The notes: generated from the letters alone by a model not told the origin. A stretch of 64,000 nucleotides of DNA from Waterburya sp. (GCA_965217895.1 CBDCJV010000002.1:1504001-1568000), one strand, 5' to 3'. Shown: positions 1 to 9,984, counted from the stretch's first letter. Numbers and translations are program-made.

Positions 1-2
1 TA

Positions 3-236
3 CCTGTGGTAGGTAGCAATAGCGGTGGCATAGGCGAGATTTTAAGCCATTTTGCCCCTGAGTGGACAGTTGACCCCGAAGAACCCCAAGCAGTAGCTCA
101 AACTATTGTTCGAGTTATGGAAGGAGAAAAAAAGGCACAGCTATTGTCTCAAGGAAAGGAATGGGTGAAGCACAATTGTTCCACTACTGACTATGCTTCT
201 CGTCTGCTTAAAATTGTCGGCATCACCGTAACTTAA
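3..236 (+). CDS. Glycosyltransferase family 4 (GT-B), C-terminal part only; gene begins before the window
   Basis: Frame is open from the window edge; PVVGSNSGGIGEI matches the GT4 C-terminal PVIAS..GG..E motif. Confidence 0.8.
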   Translation, partial: PVVGSNSGGIGEILSHFAPEWTVDPEEPQAVAQTIVRVMEGEKKAQLLSQGKEWVKHNCSTTDYASRLLKIVGITVT

Positions 237-244
237 TCAATACC

Positions 245-1447
245 ATGGATAGTTCAGCTAAGAACAGTCACAAAAAAGCCAAGTCTCATTTTCCAGACAC
301 CCTGGTCGTATCTCGCCTCTTTTTTCCTAGAACAGGGGGAATAGAAGAATATGCCTACAATCGTTGTCTACGAGATGCTCAAAACGTTATGGTGCTAGCT
401 GCGGGCTGTCCTGGCGATCGCAGTTTTGATGCCCAACAGCCATTTGTTATCTATCGATGGTTAATGCCCCAGTGGTTGCTTAGAGGATTCATTGGCAGTT
501 TGCTCAAGCAAGTTTTCAGTATGTTTTGGTCTTTTGTCTTGCCAATTTATCTCTATTGGCGCGCCCAGGTTGATAGTTCAGGCGATCGCTATAGTCATTT
601 AGAATGGTGTCACGGTTATGATTTTCCCTCTTTATTATTACTAACCTATATCTTGCCAGTTCATTTTGTTGTCTATCTTCACGGCAACGATGTTCTTTGT
701 CCTCTTAGAAACTCCTGGCTGCGCTCTTTATTTACCTTTACTCTCAATCGCACTAATAAAATTATCTGCAATAGCTCCTTTACCAGAGATTACCTACAGG
801 CAAACTGTGCGATCTCAATACCAGTTGTAGTAGTTAATCCCCAACTTCGCCCAGAAAAATTTGGCATTAGTTCACCTAGCAATCTTTTTCACCTAAGAAG
901 CAAAGTTCGTCAAGCTTGGCAGATTCCTGATACGGCAATTACTATTCTTACCGTCGGTAGGCTAGTAAAGCGGAAGGGTTTTGACCGCGTAATTGAATGT
1001 TTACCCCAGCTATCAAATGAAGGAATTGATGTTCACTATCTAATTTGCGGTAAAGGCAAAATGGATAGTGAACTAAAAGAGTTAGCCAGTCAACTAAACG
1101 TCGCCGACAAAGTTCATTTTGCTGGTTTTGTTCCTGACCAAGAACTAGCTAATTACTATGCAGCCTGTGATATATTTGCTATGCTCACCTTCCTCGAACC
1201 AAATGAGCAAAGTATTGAAGGTTTTGGCATTGTATATCTTGAGGCTGGATATTTTGGCAAACCCGTAATTGCCTCAAAAGTAGGAGGAGTTATAGATGCA
1301 GTCCACCATGGTCAAAACGGTATTTTAATCGACTCTAATTCAGATGCAGAAATATTAGCAGGGTTACAAAAGCTATGTCGCGACTCCAAACTTCGTCAGC
1401 AGTTGGGAAATAAAGGTAGAGAAATGGCATTGAACAATGAACAATGA
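245..1447 (+). CDS. Glycosyltransferase family 4
   Basis: F.PRTGGIEEY at the N-terminus; TVGRLVKRKGFD; EGFGIVYLEAGYFGKPVIASKVGGV. Confidence 0.93.
   Translation: MDSSAKNSHKKAKSHFPDTLVVSRLFFPRTGGIEEYAYNRCLRDAQNVMVLAAGCPGDRSFDAQQPFVIYRWLMPQWLLRGFIGSLLKQVFSMFWSFVLPIYLYWRAQVDSSGDRYSHLEWCHGYDFPSLLLLTYILPVHFVVYLHGNDVLCPLRNSWLRSLFTFTLNRTNKIICNSSFTRDYLQANCAISIPVVVVNPQLRPEKFGISSPSNLFHLRSKVRQAWQIPDTAITILTVGRLVKRKGFDRVIECLPQLSNEGIDVHYLICGKGKMDSELKELASQLNVADKVHFAGFVPDQELANYYAACDIFAMLTFLEPNEQSIEGFGIVYLEAGYFGKPVIASKVGGVIDAVHHGQNGILIDSNSDAEILAGLQKLCRDSKLRQQLGNKGREMALNNEQ
561..589. repeat. Probable 21-nt SDR5-like small insertion in a HIP1 site, in frame within the glycosyltransferase
   Basis: GCG(561-563)+CCCAGGTTGATAGTTCAGGCG(564-584)+ATCGC(585-589); removing it restores ...W-R-D-R-Y in frame. 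Confidence 0.5.
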
Positions 1448-1452
1448 ACAGT
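1432..1452 (+). repeat. Heptamer tandem repeat (TGAACAA)x3 across the glycosyltransferase stop codon
   Basis: tgaacaa tgaacaa tgaacag. Confidence 0.8.
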
Positions 1453-1454
1453 GA

Positions 1455-2897
1455 ATGTCAGACATAAGTACCAAAGAAATAGCTAAAAATAGTTTTTGGG
1501 TAACGGCGGGTTTTGCGGTAGAGCGTGTTGCTCAGTTAATAGCCCAGGTATTTCTTGCCCGTCTTCTAACTCCCGAAGATTTTGGTACTTGGGCAATGGT
1601 CTTAATTCTAACTCGTCTCTCGATGGAATTTAGAGATAAAGCAACTGCTAGCGTTCTAATTCAGCGAGGTTTAAAAGATGTCAAGGTAGTCAATGCCGTT
1701 TATAGCCTGACAATTAACATATCGATCCTGATGTTTTTTGTTCAAACTTTAGCGGGCTTTCCTCTGGCTAAGTTTTTTGGTGAACCAAAAGTATTTGCTC
1801 TTACTGCCTGCACGGCATTAGTGTTTTTAATCGGTGCAGGGGCAGGATCTCATGGTGCAGTCTTGCAGCGTCGAATGAAGTTTCGAGAATTAGCAATTTC
1901 GGAAGGACTGGCGGGAGTTGCTCGCTTTAGCAGTATTTTGCTCTGCGCCGTTTCTGGCTTCGGGGTATGGTCTTTTGCTATCTCTGAAGTAACAATGGCA
2001 ATAGTTGACTCGATCTGCAAACGTTGGTTTAGTAAATATCCCTTTAAATATTATTTATTTCCCGATTCAGTGGCAATCCAAGAGGTCAAAAGTTATATAG
2101 CGCAAATTATTAACGTCAATTTGGCACTTTATCTTAATACTAATGGCGATAATTTTATCATTGGTAAATTATTAGGTACAAAAGCATTAGGCTACTACAA
2201 TTTAGCCTATCAGTTAGCGATGCTACCTTTGTTTGCTCTATCTAAAATAAATCAGGTTAATTTTTCGGTTTTATCGCAAAAAAACAACGACAATAAACTA
2301 ATTTACTTAGTAAAAGCTTTAGAACTGTATGCAGTTGTTTACTCATTATTATATGGCATTGGTTATATCATTTCTCCTCAGCTAATTCCTTTTGTTTACG
2401 GTCAAGAATGGAGGCCTGCGGTAGTATTATTTCAAATTGTTTTAGTCTATGCTTATGCCCGTGGCTTTATGTATATTTTAGGAACTGCTCTCAACGCCAT
2501 AGATCGCCCAGGAGTTAATGCTGCTGTCAATTGGGCTTTAGTTCCTCTCTCGATTCCCGCTTTTTTGATTGGCTCAAAATTTAATGGCTTAACTGGAGTT
2601 GCGATCGCCGTTTCTCTATCTCTAGGAGTTATGGGCAGTATTTTATTTTTCTTAATAACTAGTCGCACGGCAAACTGGAATATCAGCACCTTAATAAAAC
2701 CCGTTATTCCGCCGACTGCGGCAATTTTAATTGGCATTATATTTGTAGCTATAATTCCCTCTATATATTGGTATTCTTTTTTATTAAAACTGGCGATTAT
2801 GATTTTGATATATCTTGTCTCACTACACATATTTTCTCGTGGTACAAGCTCGTATTTGCTGCTCGATTTAATCCGTCAGTTAAACTATAAGCTATGA
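1455..2897 (+). CDS. wzx: Polysaccharide flippase (Wzx/WzxC, PST family)
   Basis: FLARLLTPEDFG; DNFIIGKLLGTKALGYYNLAY; many TM helices; located in a glycosyltransferase cluster. Confidence 0.9.
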   Translation: MSDISTKEIAKNSFWVTAGFAVERVAQLIAQVFLARLLTPEDFGTWAMVLILTRLSMEFRDKATASVLIQRGLKDVKVVNAVYSLTINISILMFFVQTLAGFPLAKFFGEPKVFALTACTALVFLIGAGAGSHGAVLQRRMKFRELAISEGLAGVARFSSILLCAVSGFGVWSFAISEVTMAIVDSICKRWFSKYPFKYYLFPDSVAIQEVKSYIAQIINVNLALYLNTNGDNFIIGKLLGTKALGYYNLAYQLAMLPLFALSKINQVNFSVLSQKNNDNKLIYLVKALELYAVVYSLLYGIGYIISPQLIPFVYGQEWRPAVVLFQIVLVYAYARGFMYILGTALNAIDRPGVNAAVNWALVPLSIPAFLIGSKFNGLTGVAIAVSLSLGVMGSILFFLITSRTANWNISTLIKPVIPPTAAILIGIIFVAIIPSIYWYSFLLKLAIMILIYLVSLHIFSRGTSSYLLLDLIRQLNYKL

Positions 2898-2990
2898 AGC
2901 AAAGCTATTTAAGCTATTTATAAAATTTATTCTTGGCGCAGCTTTTGTTGTAGTATTACATAATATACAATTGACAAAAATGCCCAGGAT

Positions 2991-4079
2991 ATGAAGTGCG
3001 ATCGCAGCCGTATTGATAGTAAACCAGACCAATTTTTCTTTATTGATTTGCTCAAGGCAGTAAGCATTATTGCCGTTATATCTTTTCATTCACTGTTTTT
3101 TGCTTCAAACACTTACTCTAGTTCTTTGTCGCTCATAGAAATTTTATTTTCTCCTCTGCGCTTTTGTGTTCCTATGTTTTTTACTGTTTCTTTTTTTTTA
3201 TATGAAACAAGTGAAATCAAGAAGCCAAGCAAATCAATCTGGCAGTTTCTTGAAAAGCGATATTCTAGGTTGCTTTACCCGATAGTATTTTGGTTTGGAA
3301 TAGGTATTCTGCTTAACCTAATTAAAGGTAATTCATTAGCAGAAATTTTTGAGGAAATAGTTAGAGGAGAAATTTTTACTGGCTCTTATTACTTACTAGC
3401 TTTAATTCAACTATTGCCAATATTTTATCTGCTCAGAAAAACTATAATAATCAAGCTTAATCTATTATTGCTAGTAATATTTCATAGCTTAATGACGATA
3501 ATTATTTATTACTCTTTAAAAGGCGTATTTTTTACTAACCTAATCGGCTTATTAAGACCAATGGATCGATCTTTATTTATTTATTGGTTGATTTACCTAT
3601 GCCTGGGAACATACATGGCTCATAATTTAACCAAAATTCAAGCTATATCAAGAAGTATGCCAAAAATTATTAAAGCATTTTTATTATTGCTTTTAAGTTT
3701 ATTATTTATCAAAGATTATCGAATGCTATATCAAATTACAGGTAACGCGATCGCACCTTTTGATTACCTGCCTATATCTGTTGTTCTATCAATCCCCGTT
3801 ATTTTTTGTTACTTAAGCACTGTAGAAGAAAATCAGATTCCAGCTTGGCTGGTCAAGCAAGTAAAAATAATATCAAAATATACTCTGGGGATATTCTGTA
3901 TTAATGGCGTTATGAGGCTGGTTTTTTTATCTATTGGGAGTTCAGTTTTCGCCCACTCTTATTTTCAGTTTCACGAAGTACTAATATTCAAACTATTAGG
4001 ATGGTTAGTTTTGTTATTTGTTTCCTTATTTATAGCGATATTGCTTGAGCGTCTAGGTTTCCAGAAAGTAGTCTGTTGA
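2991..4079 (+). CDS. Membrane acyltransferase family 3 (polysaccharide O-acyltransferase)
   Basis: IDLLKAVSIIAVISFH; RFCVPMFFTVS; KRYSRLLYP; highly hydrophobic. Confidence 0.85.
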   Translation: MKCDRSRIDSKPDQFFFIDLLKAVSIIAVISFHSLFFASNTYSSSLSLIEILFSPLRFCVPMFFTVSFFLYETSEIKKPSKSIWQFLEKRYSRLLYPIVFWFGIGILLNLIKGNSLAEIFEEIVRGEIFTGSYYLLALIQLLPIFYLLRKTIIIKLNLLLLVIFHSLMTIIIYYSLKGVFFTNLIGLLRPMDRSLFIYWLIYLCLGTYMAHNLTKIQAISRSMPKIIKAFLLLLLSLLFIKDYRMLYQITGNAIAPFDYLPISVVLSIPVIFCYLSTVEENQIPAWLVKQVKIISKYTLGIFCINGVMRLVFLSIGSSVFAHSYFQFHEVLIFKLLGWLVLLFVSLFIAILLERLGFQKVVC

Positions 4080-4220
4080 GTCTAACTAGAATAATAAAAT
4101 GGGAATAAATGTTTATTATTTGCTTAAGTCATTAAGTTTTATAAGCTTTGATATTCTTGGGGGTATAGATTAGCAGTAATCTAGAAGCATTAGAAATTAG
4201 ATGCGGATTAGAGTTTTCCC

Positions 4221-5069
4221 ATGCTTAACAAAATTTTATATGCCGACTCTGGTGCAGAAAACGCTCAAGATATGCTCAAAATATTGTTAGAGCTTCCCAC
4301 TGCCAAAAGTTCCCAAGTATCAATATTGCGGGTAGTTTCTTCTAAAACAACTCAAGAAGAGTCTGACGCACAAGAGCAAGCTAAATCTAAGATAGATGAT
4401 TTGATCGCCAAATTAGGCATAGATCCAAGTCAAGTAAACATTAGGGTTGAAGAAGGAGAAGCAAAAACTACTGTCCTTAAGGTAGCTCAGGAAATAGATG
4501 CCGACCTAATAATTATGGGGTCGCGAGGTTTGGGTAAACTACAGTCTATCTTGAGTAACTCTGTAAGCCAGTATGTTTTTCAACTAACCGATCGCTCTAT
4601 GCTGTTGGTAAAAGACGACATTTATGTCAAAAAGCTCAAGCGGGTTATGATCGCCATCGATAAATCTCCTGCTGCCCAATATGCCTTAGACGTTACTTTA
4701 TCTTTGTTGCAAGGCTATAAGGACGCAGAGATATTTTTAACCCGTATTAATCCAGATCTCGATCCTAATCTTGCTTTGTCAAAAGAAGATCTGGAAAATA
4801 ATCCTATCTTAGCTCCCGCGATCGCCAAAGTCAAAAGAATGGGTTTTGATTATCGATGCTTAGTTACAGGAGGTAGACCCGCTCAGAAAATTTGTAGTTT
4901 AGCAGAAGCGAGAAATATTGACCTGCTGGTTTTAGGCTCTCCTGAACGCCGCCCTTCGATTGCCAAAAGTCTCCCTGATGTAGAACGTTTATTAGGTAGT
5001 TCTTTATCTGACTACATTCGGATCAAAGCTCCTTGTCCTGTGTTATTAGCCAGACAAGAATATGATTAG
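4221..5069 (+). CDS. Tandem-domain universal stress protein
   Basis: Two Usp domains: ADLIIMGSRGLG...SVSQYV and DLLVLGS...LLGSSLSDY...APCPVL. Confidence 0.92.
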   Translation: MLNKILYADSGAENAQDMLKILLELPTAKSSQVSILRVVSSKTTQEESDAQEQAKSKIDDLIAKLGIDPSQVNIRVEEGEAKTTVLKVAQEIDADLIIMGSRGLGKLQSILSNSVSQYVFQLTDRSMLLVKDDIYVKKLKRVMIAIDKSPAAQYALDVTLSLLQGYKDAEIFLTRINPDLDPNLALSKEDLENNPILAPAIAKVKRMGFDYRCLVTGGRPAQKICSLAEARNIDLLVLGSPERRPSIAKSLPDVERLLGSSLSDYIRIKAPCPVLLARQEYD

Positions 5070-5084
5070 ACTTCTTACACAAAA

Positions 5085-5168
5085 TTTAGGATGAGTGTTT
5101 CACCAGCGATTGCCGATTACTCCACTCCGACATGAGCGGGTGGAGTAATCTGTAACCCCATCCTGAAA
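5085..5168. terminator. Long hairpin between the convergent usp and acs genes
   Basis: Perfect stem GATTACTCCAC(5115-5125)/GTGGAGTAATC(5140-5150), with outer pairing TTTAGGATG/CATCCTGAA. Confidence 0.65.
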
Positions 5169-5176
5169 AGCCAAAA

Positions 5177-7141
5177 TCAACTCTGGCGCAACTTATCTAA
5201 AACGCTAAGGTCTTCCATAGTAGAGATATCGCCAATTAATTCTTCTCCTGCTGCCAAATTACGCAAGAAACGGCGAATAATCTTGCCAGAACGGGTTTTA
5301 GGCAGAGCATCAGCAAAGCGAATTTCTCCAGGACGAGCGATCGCACCAATTTCTTGAACTACGTGCTGCTTGAGTTCTTGCTTTAGTTCCTCACTTTCAG
5401 CATAAGTATCTTCTAAGGTGACAAAGGCATAAACTTCTTCTCCTTTAACCTCATCGGGACGAGATACCACCGCAGCTTCGGCAACGGCAGGATGAGATAC
5501 CAAGGCTGATTCTACTTCCATTGTCCCCAAGCGATGTCCGGCAATATTCATCACGTCATCAACTCGACCCATTACCCAAAAATAGCCATCTTCGTCTTTA
5601 CGTGCGCCATCCCCTGCAAAATATACATAGTTGCCATCTTTGGGGGGAATATGTTCCCAATAGGTGCGACGAAAGCGATCGTCATTTTTATATACAGTTC
5701 GCATCATGCTGGGCCAAGGATGCTTGATGATTAAATAGCCACCCTCGTTTTCGCCGACGGGATTACCTTCTAAATTCACCACGTCGGCAATAATGCCAGG
5801 AAAAGGTAAAGTTGCCGATCCAGGTTTGGTAGGAGTTGCCCCAGGTAAAGGCGTTATCATAAAGCCACCTGTTTCGGTTTGCCACCAGGTATCGACAATG
5901 GGACAACGTTCGCCACCAATTACTTTGTGATACCAGATCCAGGCTTCGGGATTGATTGGTTCACCCACTGTACCAAGAATACGCAAAGAAGAAAGATCGC
6001 GACGATTGGGATGTTCATCACCCATCTTGATAAATGCCCGTATAGCAGTGGGTGCGGTATAAAAGATAGTTACGCCATATTTGGCTACTACATCCCAAAA
6101 ACAGCCAGGATTAGAAGGGCGGGGCGCACCTTCATACATTACAGTAGTTGCGCCATTGGATAACGGGCCATAAACAATATAGCTGTGTCCTGTAATCCAG
6201 CCGACATCAGCAGTACACCAATAGACATCATCTTCTTTGATATCAAATGTCCATTTAAAGGTCATGTGAGTATAAAGATTGTAGCCCCCTGTGGTGTGGA
6301 CTACGCCCTTGGGTTGTCCTGTAGTGCCACTAGTATAAAGGATAAATAGCAAGTCTTCACTATCCATCTGTTCGGCAGCACAATCATCTGAGGTATTAGC
6401 TTTAAGTTCATGCCACCAATGATCTCGCCCTGGCTGCATTTGAATATCTTGTTGAGTGCGCTGTACTACCAAGACATTTTGCACGCTGGGAACATCACTA
6501 GCGATCGCCTGATCTACCGCATCCTTTAAAGGCACTATCTTATCCTTGCGCCAGCCACCATCAGCAGTAATAATTAGCTTGGCTTCTGCATCTTGAAGAC
6601 GAGTTTTTAAAGCCTCAGCACTAAAGCCACCAAAGACAACGCTGTGTGCTGCCCCAATTCTGGCACAGGCTAACATAGCGATCGCAGCTTCAGGTATCAT
6701 GGGCATATATATGCCAACGCGATCGCCTTTTTTCACGCCTAAATCTTTGATCGCATTTGCCATCTGGCAAACTTCTTGATGCAGTTGGGCATAGGTTAAA
6801 GTCCGCGAGTCCCCTGGCTCTCCTTCCCAGATCAAAGCTGGTTTATCTCGGCGATGGCTAGTCAGATGTCGATCTAGACAGTTGTAAGAAATATTGATTT
6901 TGCCATCGACAAACCATTTAGCAAAAGGTGGTTGCCAATCTAGAGTTTTGCTCCATTTTTTAAACCAATGGAGTTCTTTTTCCGCTAATTTTGCCCAAAA
7001 TTCGCAAGGGTCTTGTTCTGCCAGAGCATAGAGTTTTTTATACTCTGCCATATTTTTAATCGATGCGTTGGCTGCAAATTCTGCGGGAGGATTAAACACC
7101 CTTTTCTCTTGTAATATTGATTCTATAGTTACTTCTGACAT
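5177..7141 (-). CDS. acs: Acetyl-CoA synthetase
   Basis: [37 protein letters not shown]. Confidence 0.98.
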   Translation of the reverse strand: MSEVTIESILQEKRVFNPPAEFAANASIKNMAEYKKLYALAEQDPCEFWAKLAEKELHWFKKWSKTLDWQPPFAKWFVDGKINISYNCLDRHLTSHRRDKPALIWEGEPGDSRTLTYAQLHQEVCQMANAIKDLGVKKGDRVGIYMPMIPEAAIAMLACARIGAAHSVVFGGFSAEALKTRLQDAEAKLIITADGGWRKDKIVPLKDAVDQAIASDVPSVQNVLVVQRTQQDIQMQPGRDHWWHELKANTSDDCAAEQMDSEDLLFILYTSGTTGQPKGVVHTTGGYNLYTHMTFKWTFDIKEDDVYWCTADVGWITGHSYIVYGPLSNGATTVMYEGAPRPSNPGCFWDVVAKYGVTIFYTAPTAIRAFIKMGDEHPNRRDLSSLRILGTVGEPINPEAWIWYHKVIGGERCPIVDTWWQTETGGFMITPLPGATPTKPGSATLPFPGIIADVVNLEGNPVGENEGGYLIIKHPWPSMMRTVYKNDDRFRRTYWEHIPPKDGNYVYFAGDGARKDEDGYFWVMGRVDDVMNIAGHRLGTMEVESALVSHPAVAEAAVVSRPDEVKGEEVYAFVTLEDTYAESEELKQELKQHVVQEIGAIARPGEIRFADALPKTRSGKIIRRFLRNLAAGEELIGDISTMEDLSVLDKLRQS

Positions 7142-7346
7142 AGTTTTGCTCAGTGTGGCTTTTTTACAGTTACTTGTACCGTCGATTCTCCCAGAATGAT
7201 TTAATATTTACTTAGTTAGTAAGAATTCTTTAACTAATAGTTGTTAGACTTGGTTTTTGTCGGGAATTGTAATCAAATGATCCGTTAATGTGATTAAACA
7301 TTTAGGCTGTATACTAAATTGCCTAATTGATTTTTATTTTTCGGCG

Positions 7347-7489
7347 CAGTTATTGGGATTTGAAATTAAGCCAGAGCATCTAAATGACGACCGCTTCGGC
7401 GAAAGATCCTCTTTTCTTCGCTACTATCTTATCCTTAAGCCAGATTCTTAATTATTTCTCTGACGACATAAAGAGCGGAATGTGGGTTT
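7347..7489 (+). mobile_element. IS1634-family transposase remnant, internally deleted
   Basis: Reads QLLGFEIKPEHLNDDRFG (IS1634 N-terminal EHLNDDR.G motif), followed by GCGGAATGTGGG (7475-7486), which resembles the right end of cyanobacterial IS1634. Confidence 0.65.
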
Positions 7490-7535
7490 AATCAACCTAA
7501 AATAGTATTTCCCGATATTGCTAAAAAACAGCGTT

Positions 7536-7592
7536 TTACGATTGATTGCAACAATACATATTCAGAAAACTATTTTTAAAATCTGTCTGCAC
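7536..7592 (-). pseudogene. Stub of a RelE/ParE-like toxin
   Basis: GTG overlaps the antitoxin stop; reads MQTDFKNSFL (RelE-like N-terminus), then unrelated sequence and a stop. Confidence 0.5.
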
Positions 7593-7881
7593 TATTCACC
7601 AGTTAATACTTTAAACACTTCTTCTCGGCTGACAGATTCGGTTTCTTCTCCTTCCTCGATAGCACGAGATAGCCGATATCTTCTAAAGCGTCTACTAATA
7701 ATGAGCTTACCAACTCCTGATTTTCTGACATTACCTTGACAATCGCCTCTTTAAATAAAGCTTTCATTTTTTGGTCATCCGCGCTGGTAGAAACTTTGAG
7801 CAAAGATGATGATTTGCCATTAGATTCTGTTGGTTTAACCTTGACGATGACAGATATTAGTGATTCCATAATCTTTAACAC
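7592..7881 (-). pseudogene. Frameshifted type II antitoxin-like gene
   Basis: ...KALFKEAIVKVMSENQELVSSLLVDALEDIG, then after a 1-nt shift near 7671, LSRAIEEGEETESVSREEVFKVLTGE* (typical acidic antitoxin tail) ending at 7592. Confidence 0.6.
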
Positions 7882-7959
7882 CAGAAGGTTTTAGCCGACT
7901 GATGTAGGAGGCAATGCCACTAGCTCAATTTTACGGTCGTGGTAAAACACCATCAATTA

Positions 7960-8290
7960 GTGCCTAAAAAATACATTGTTGACTTGAGTAAAGAGGAACG
8001 ACAGTCGTTAGAAAAACTAACCACTACCGGAAAGCACTCAGCCTATAAAATTATCCATGCTCGTATTTTGCTTAAAGCAGATATTAATCAAGCAGACGGA
8101 GGTTAGTCAGATATTGCGATCGCTTCAGCACTGGATACAAGCACATCAACTATAGGGAGGGTAAGACAACGCTTTGTAGAAGAAGGATTTGAGGCTTCAT
8201 TAAATTATCGTCGAGGACGAGGACGTACCCCCGACAATAACCTCAACGGGGGAAACCCCCGCAACGGTTTTGTCTCGCAAACGAATTAAA
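7960..8290 (+). mobile_element. IS630-family transposase N-terminal (HTH) remnant with an internal stop
   Basis: VPKKYIVDLSKEERQSLEKL...HARILLKAD...GG*SD.AIASAL...TIGRVRQRFVEEG; TAG at 8104-8106 replaces the conserved Trp. Confidence 0.85.
8226..8277. repeat. Small dispersed-repeat-like hairpin inserted in the IS630 remnant
   Basis: CGGGGG-AAA-CCCCCG stem (8247-8261) nested in GACAATAACC/GGTTTTGTC; interrupts ...GRGR|KRIK. Confidence 0.55.
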
Positions 8291-8453
8291 TTGGTATAAA
8301 TAAATAATCTCTTCCATTCTCAACTAAAGTATTTCTCGAAAATTGACATTTGCCAGCAACACATAAATGACCTTTCTATCCCCATTCGTGAGTGTTAATT
8401 TTCATCATTTTTTAATGTTACAATATATATCTTACTTTTTTCTTACTATTAAT

Positions 8454-8708
8454 ATGGATACAAAGCTATCAAGTAAAGGTCAAGTAATTATTCCCAAACA
8501 GTTAAGAGACATAAACGACTGGCAGCCTGGGCAGGAATTGACTGCAACCAGCGTTGATGGAGGCGTATTACTCAAACCAAAAACTATATTCCCTGAAACA
8601 ACCATAGATGATGTCCTCGGTTGTCTGAACTATGAAGGCAACGCCAAAACAATTGAAGAAATGAACGAAAGTATTTCCATTGGCATAAAGAATAGATGGA
8701 AAAAATAG
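8454..8708 (+). CDS. AbrB/MazE/SpoVT-family antitoxin (start reassigned to ATG 8454)
   Basis: MDTKLSSKGQVIIPKQLRD AbrB signature; overlaps the PIN gene; TCTTACT direct repeats upstream at 8430 and 8441. Confidence 0.88.
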   Translation: MDTKLSSKGQVIIPKQLRDINDWQPGQELTATSVDGGVLLKPKTIFPETTIDDVLGCLNYEGNAKTIEEMNESISIGIKNRWKK

Positions 8709-9091
8709 GTATTGATACCAACATTATCATAAGAATTCTAACAAACGACGATAAAAAGCAGGCAGAAAAAAGCCGTCAATTAATTGCAATGAATCAAATA
8801 TTTATTAGCAATACAGTAATACTAGAAACTGAATGGGTTCTTAGATATAGTTACAAATTACCTCAAGCCGATATCTGCAAGAGCTTTATCAAATTATTTG
8901 GCTTACCAAATATACACTTAGAGAATAGAGCAACCATTAACAAAGCAATTCAATGGTGCATAGCAGGATTAGATTTTGCAGATGCTTTACATTTAGCATC
9001 AACCAAAAACTTGGATAAATTTTATACTTTCGATCAAAAGCTGTTGGCAAGAAGTAAATCTCTAGACTCTATTCAAGTACTTAAACCTTGA
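8696..9091 (+). CDS. vapC: PIN-domain (VapC-type) toxin
   Basis: GIDTNIIIR...ILETEWVL...DFADALH...FYTFD; acidic PIN residues intact. Confidence 0.9.
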   Translation: MEKIGIDTNIIIRILTNDDKKQAEKSRQLIAMNQIFISNTVILETEWVLRYSYKLPQADICKSFIKLFGLPNIHLENRATINKAIQWCIAGLDFADALHLASTKNLDKFYTFDQKLLARSKSLDSIQVLKP

Positions 9092-9468
9092 ACGAAGGCA
9101 GAGGGCAAATAGGTGCAGATGCCAACAAAGCAATGATAAACAAAACTCTCAACAACTCGACTGGATATGAGCGGGTTTCCCGCTCATCCCTCTGGTTCAA
9201 TCTAAACAATCTCAAAATTCTACAGAGTTTACCACTGCTAGAAAGCTTCTGCTGGAATATCAAAAATCCCTACAGTTTGAGTCCAGAAACAATGCTAGCT
9301 ATCTCTGAAGAAAGGTGGCAACAAAAAGATATTCTAAGAACTCTAAAAACAGAAGAACGCAATTTCATTCACGAGATTAGTGAACTTTTTGGTGGATTAC
9401 CTCTGATAGATATGGAAAATAACAGCAAAGATGAAATTTTTGCAGGTATTCAAAAGACTAATAAATAG
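9088..9468 (+). pseudogene. Probable remnant of a small cyanobacterial protein that usually precedes an AbiEii-like nucleotidyltransferase; 3' end fused or truncated
   Basis: LPLLESFCWNI...LSPETMLAISEERWQQKDILRTL...EERNFI pattern recalled from such proteins; start uncertain; runs into a remnant on the opposite strand. Confidence 0.35.
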
Positions 9469-9633
9469 ATCTCTTACTCCCAGATCTCTTACTCCCAAAA
9501 TCTTGATGGTCGGTTTTATAATTGCTCCAGATATTCCTGCCCTTGAAGCAGCAATAAAACTACCATCTTCTTCTAGAATATCTGCCGATAGATTCGCCTC
9601 AGTTAACAAGCTATTTAAATCTATTGTTTTCAT
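9397..9633 (-). pseudogene. Truncated Xre/MbcA/ParS (DUF2384)-type antitoxin N-terminus
   Basis: FIAASRAGISGAIIK...ILG.RDLFISLLNT resembles this family; the C-terminal toxin-binding domain and a RES toxin gene are absent; contains a perfect 15-bp duplication at 9467-9496. Confidence 0.55.
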
Positions 9634-9984
9634 AACCTTAAAGTATTTTCGTATACTTTACTATATTATAGCGTTTTTTTTACGGAAATATTAAACTCAG
9701 AAATCGAAAAAACCCACTTGCACTCTTTGCGATTATATTTATTTCATCTAATAACTAAAAACTAAAATTACCAATTATTTGCGACGGTGAACAGTCAACA
9801 CAAAAAAACTTTCAAGGGAGTTGAAAACAAATGGTTTTTTTGAACAACTGAACTATCAAAATAGTCTTGACAAGATCGCGATAAATTAAATCCCTTCTTT
9901 TCCAATGCTAAACCACATAGCTTTAGTTTTCTATGCTTATCAAGCCATTTGTGAAAATGTTCATCTCGTTTGCTAGAATCCTGC

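Noticed and set aside
8367..8453. N-terminal extension of the AbrB antitoxin
   Set aside because: AT-rich, promoter-like sequence; the family motif begins at ATG 8454
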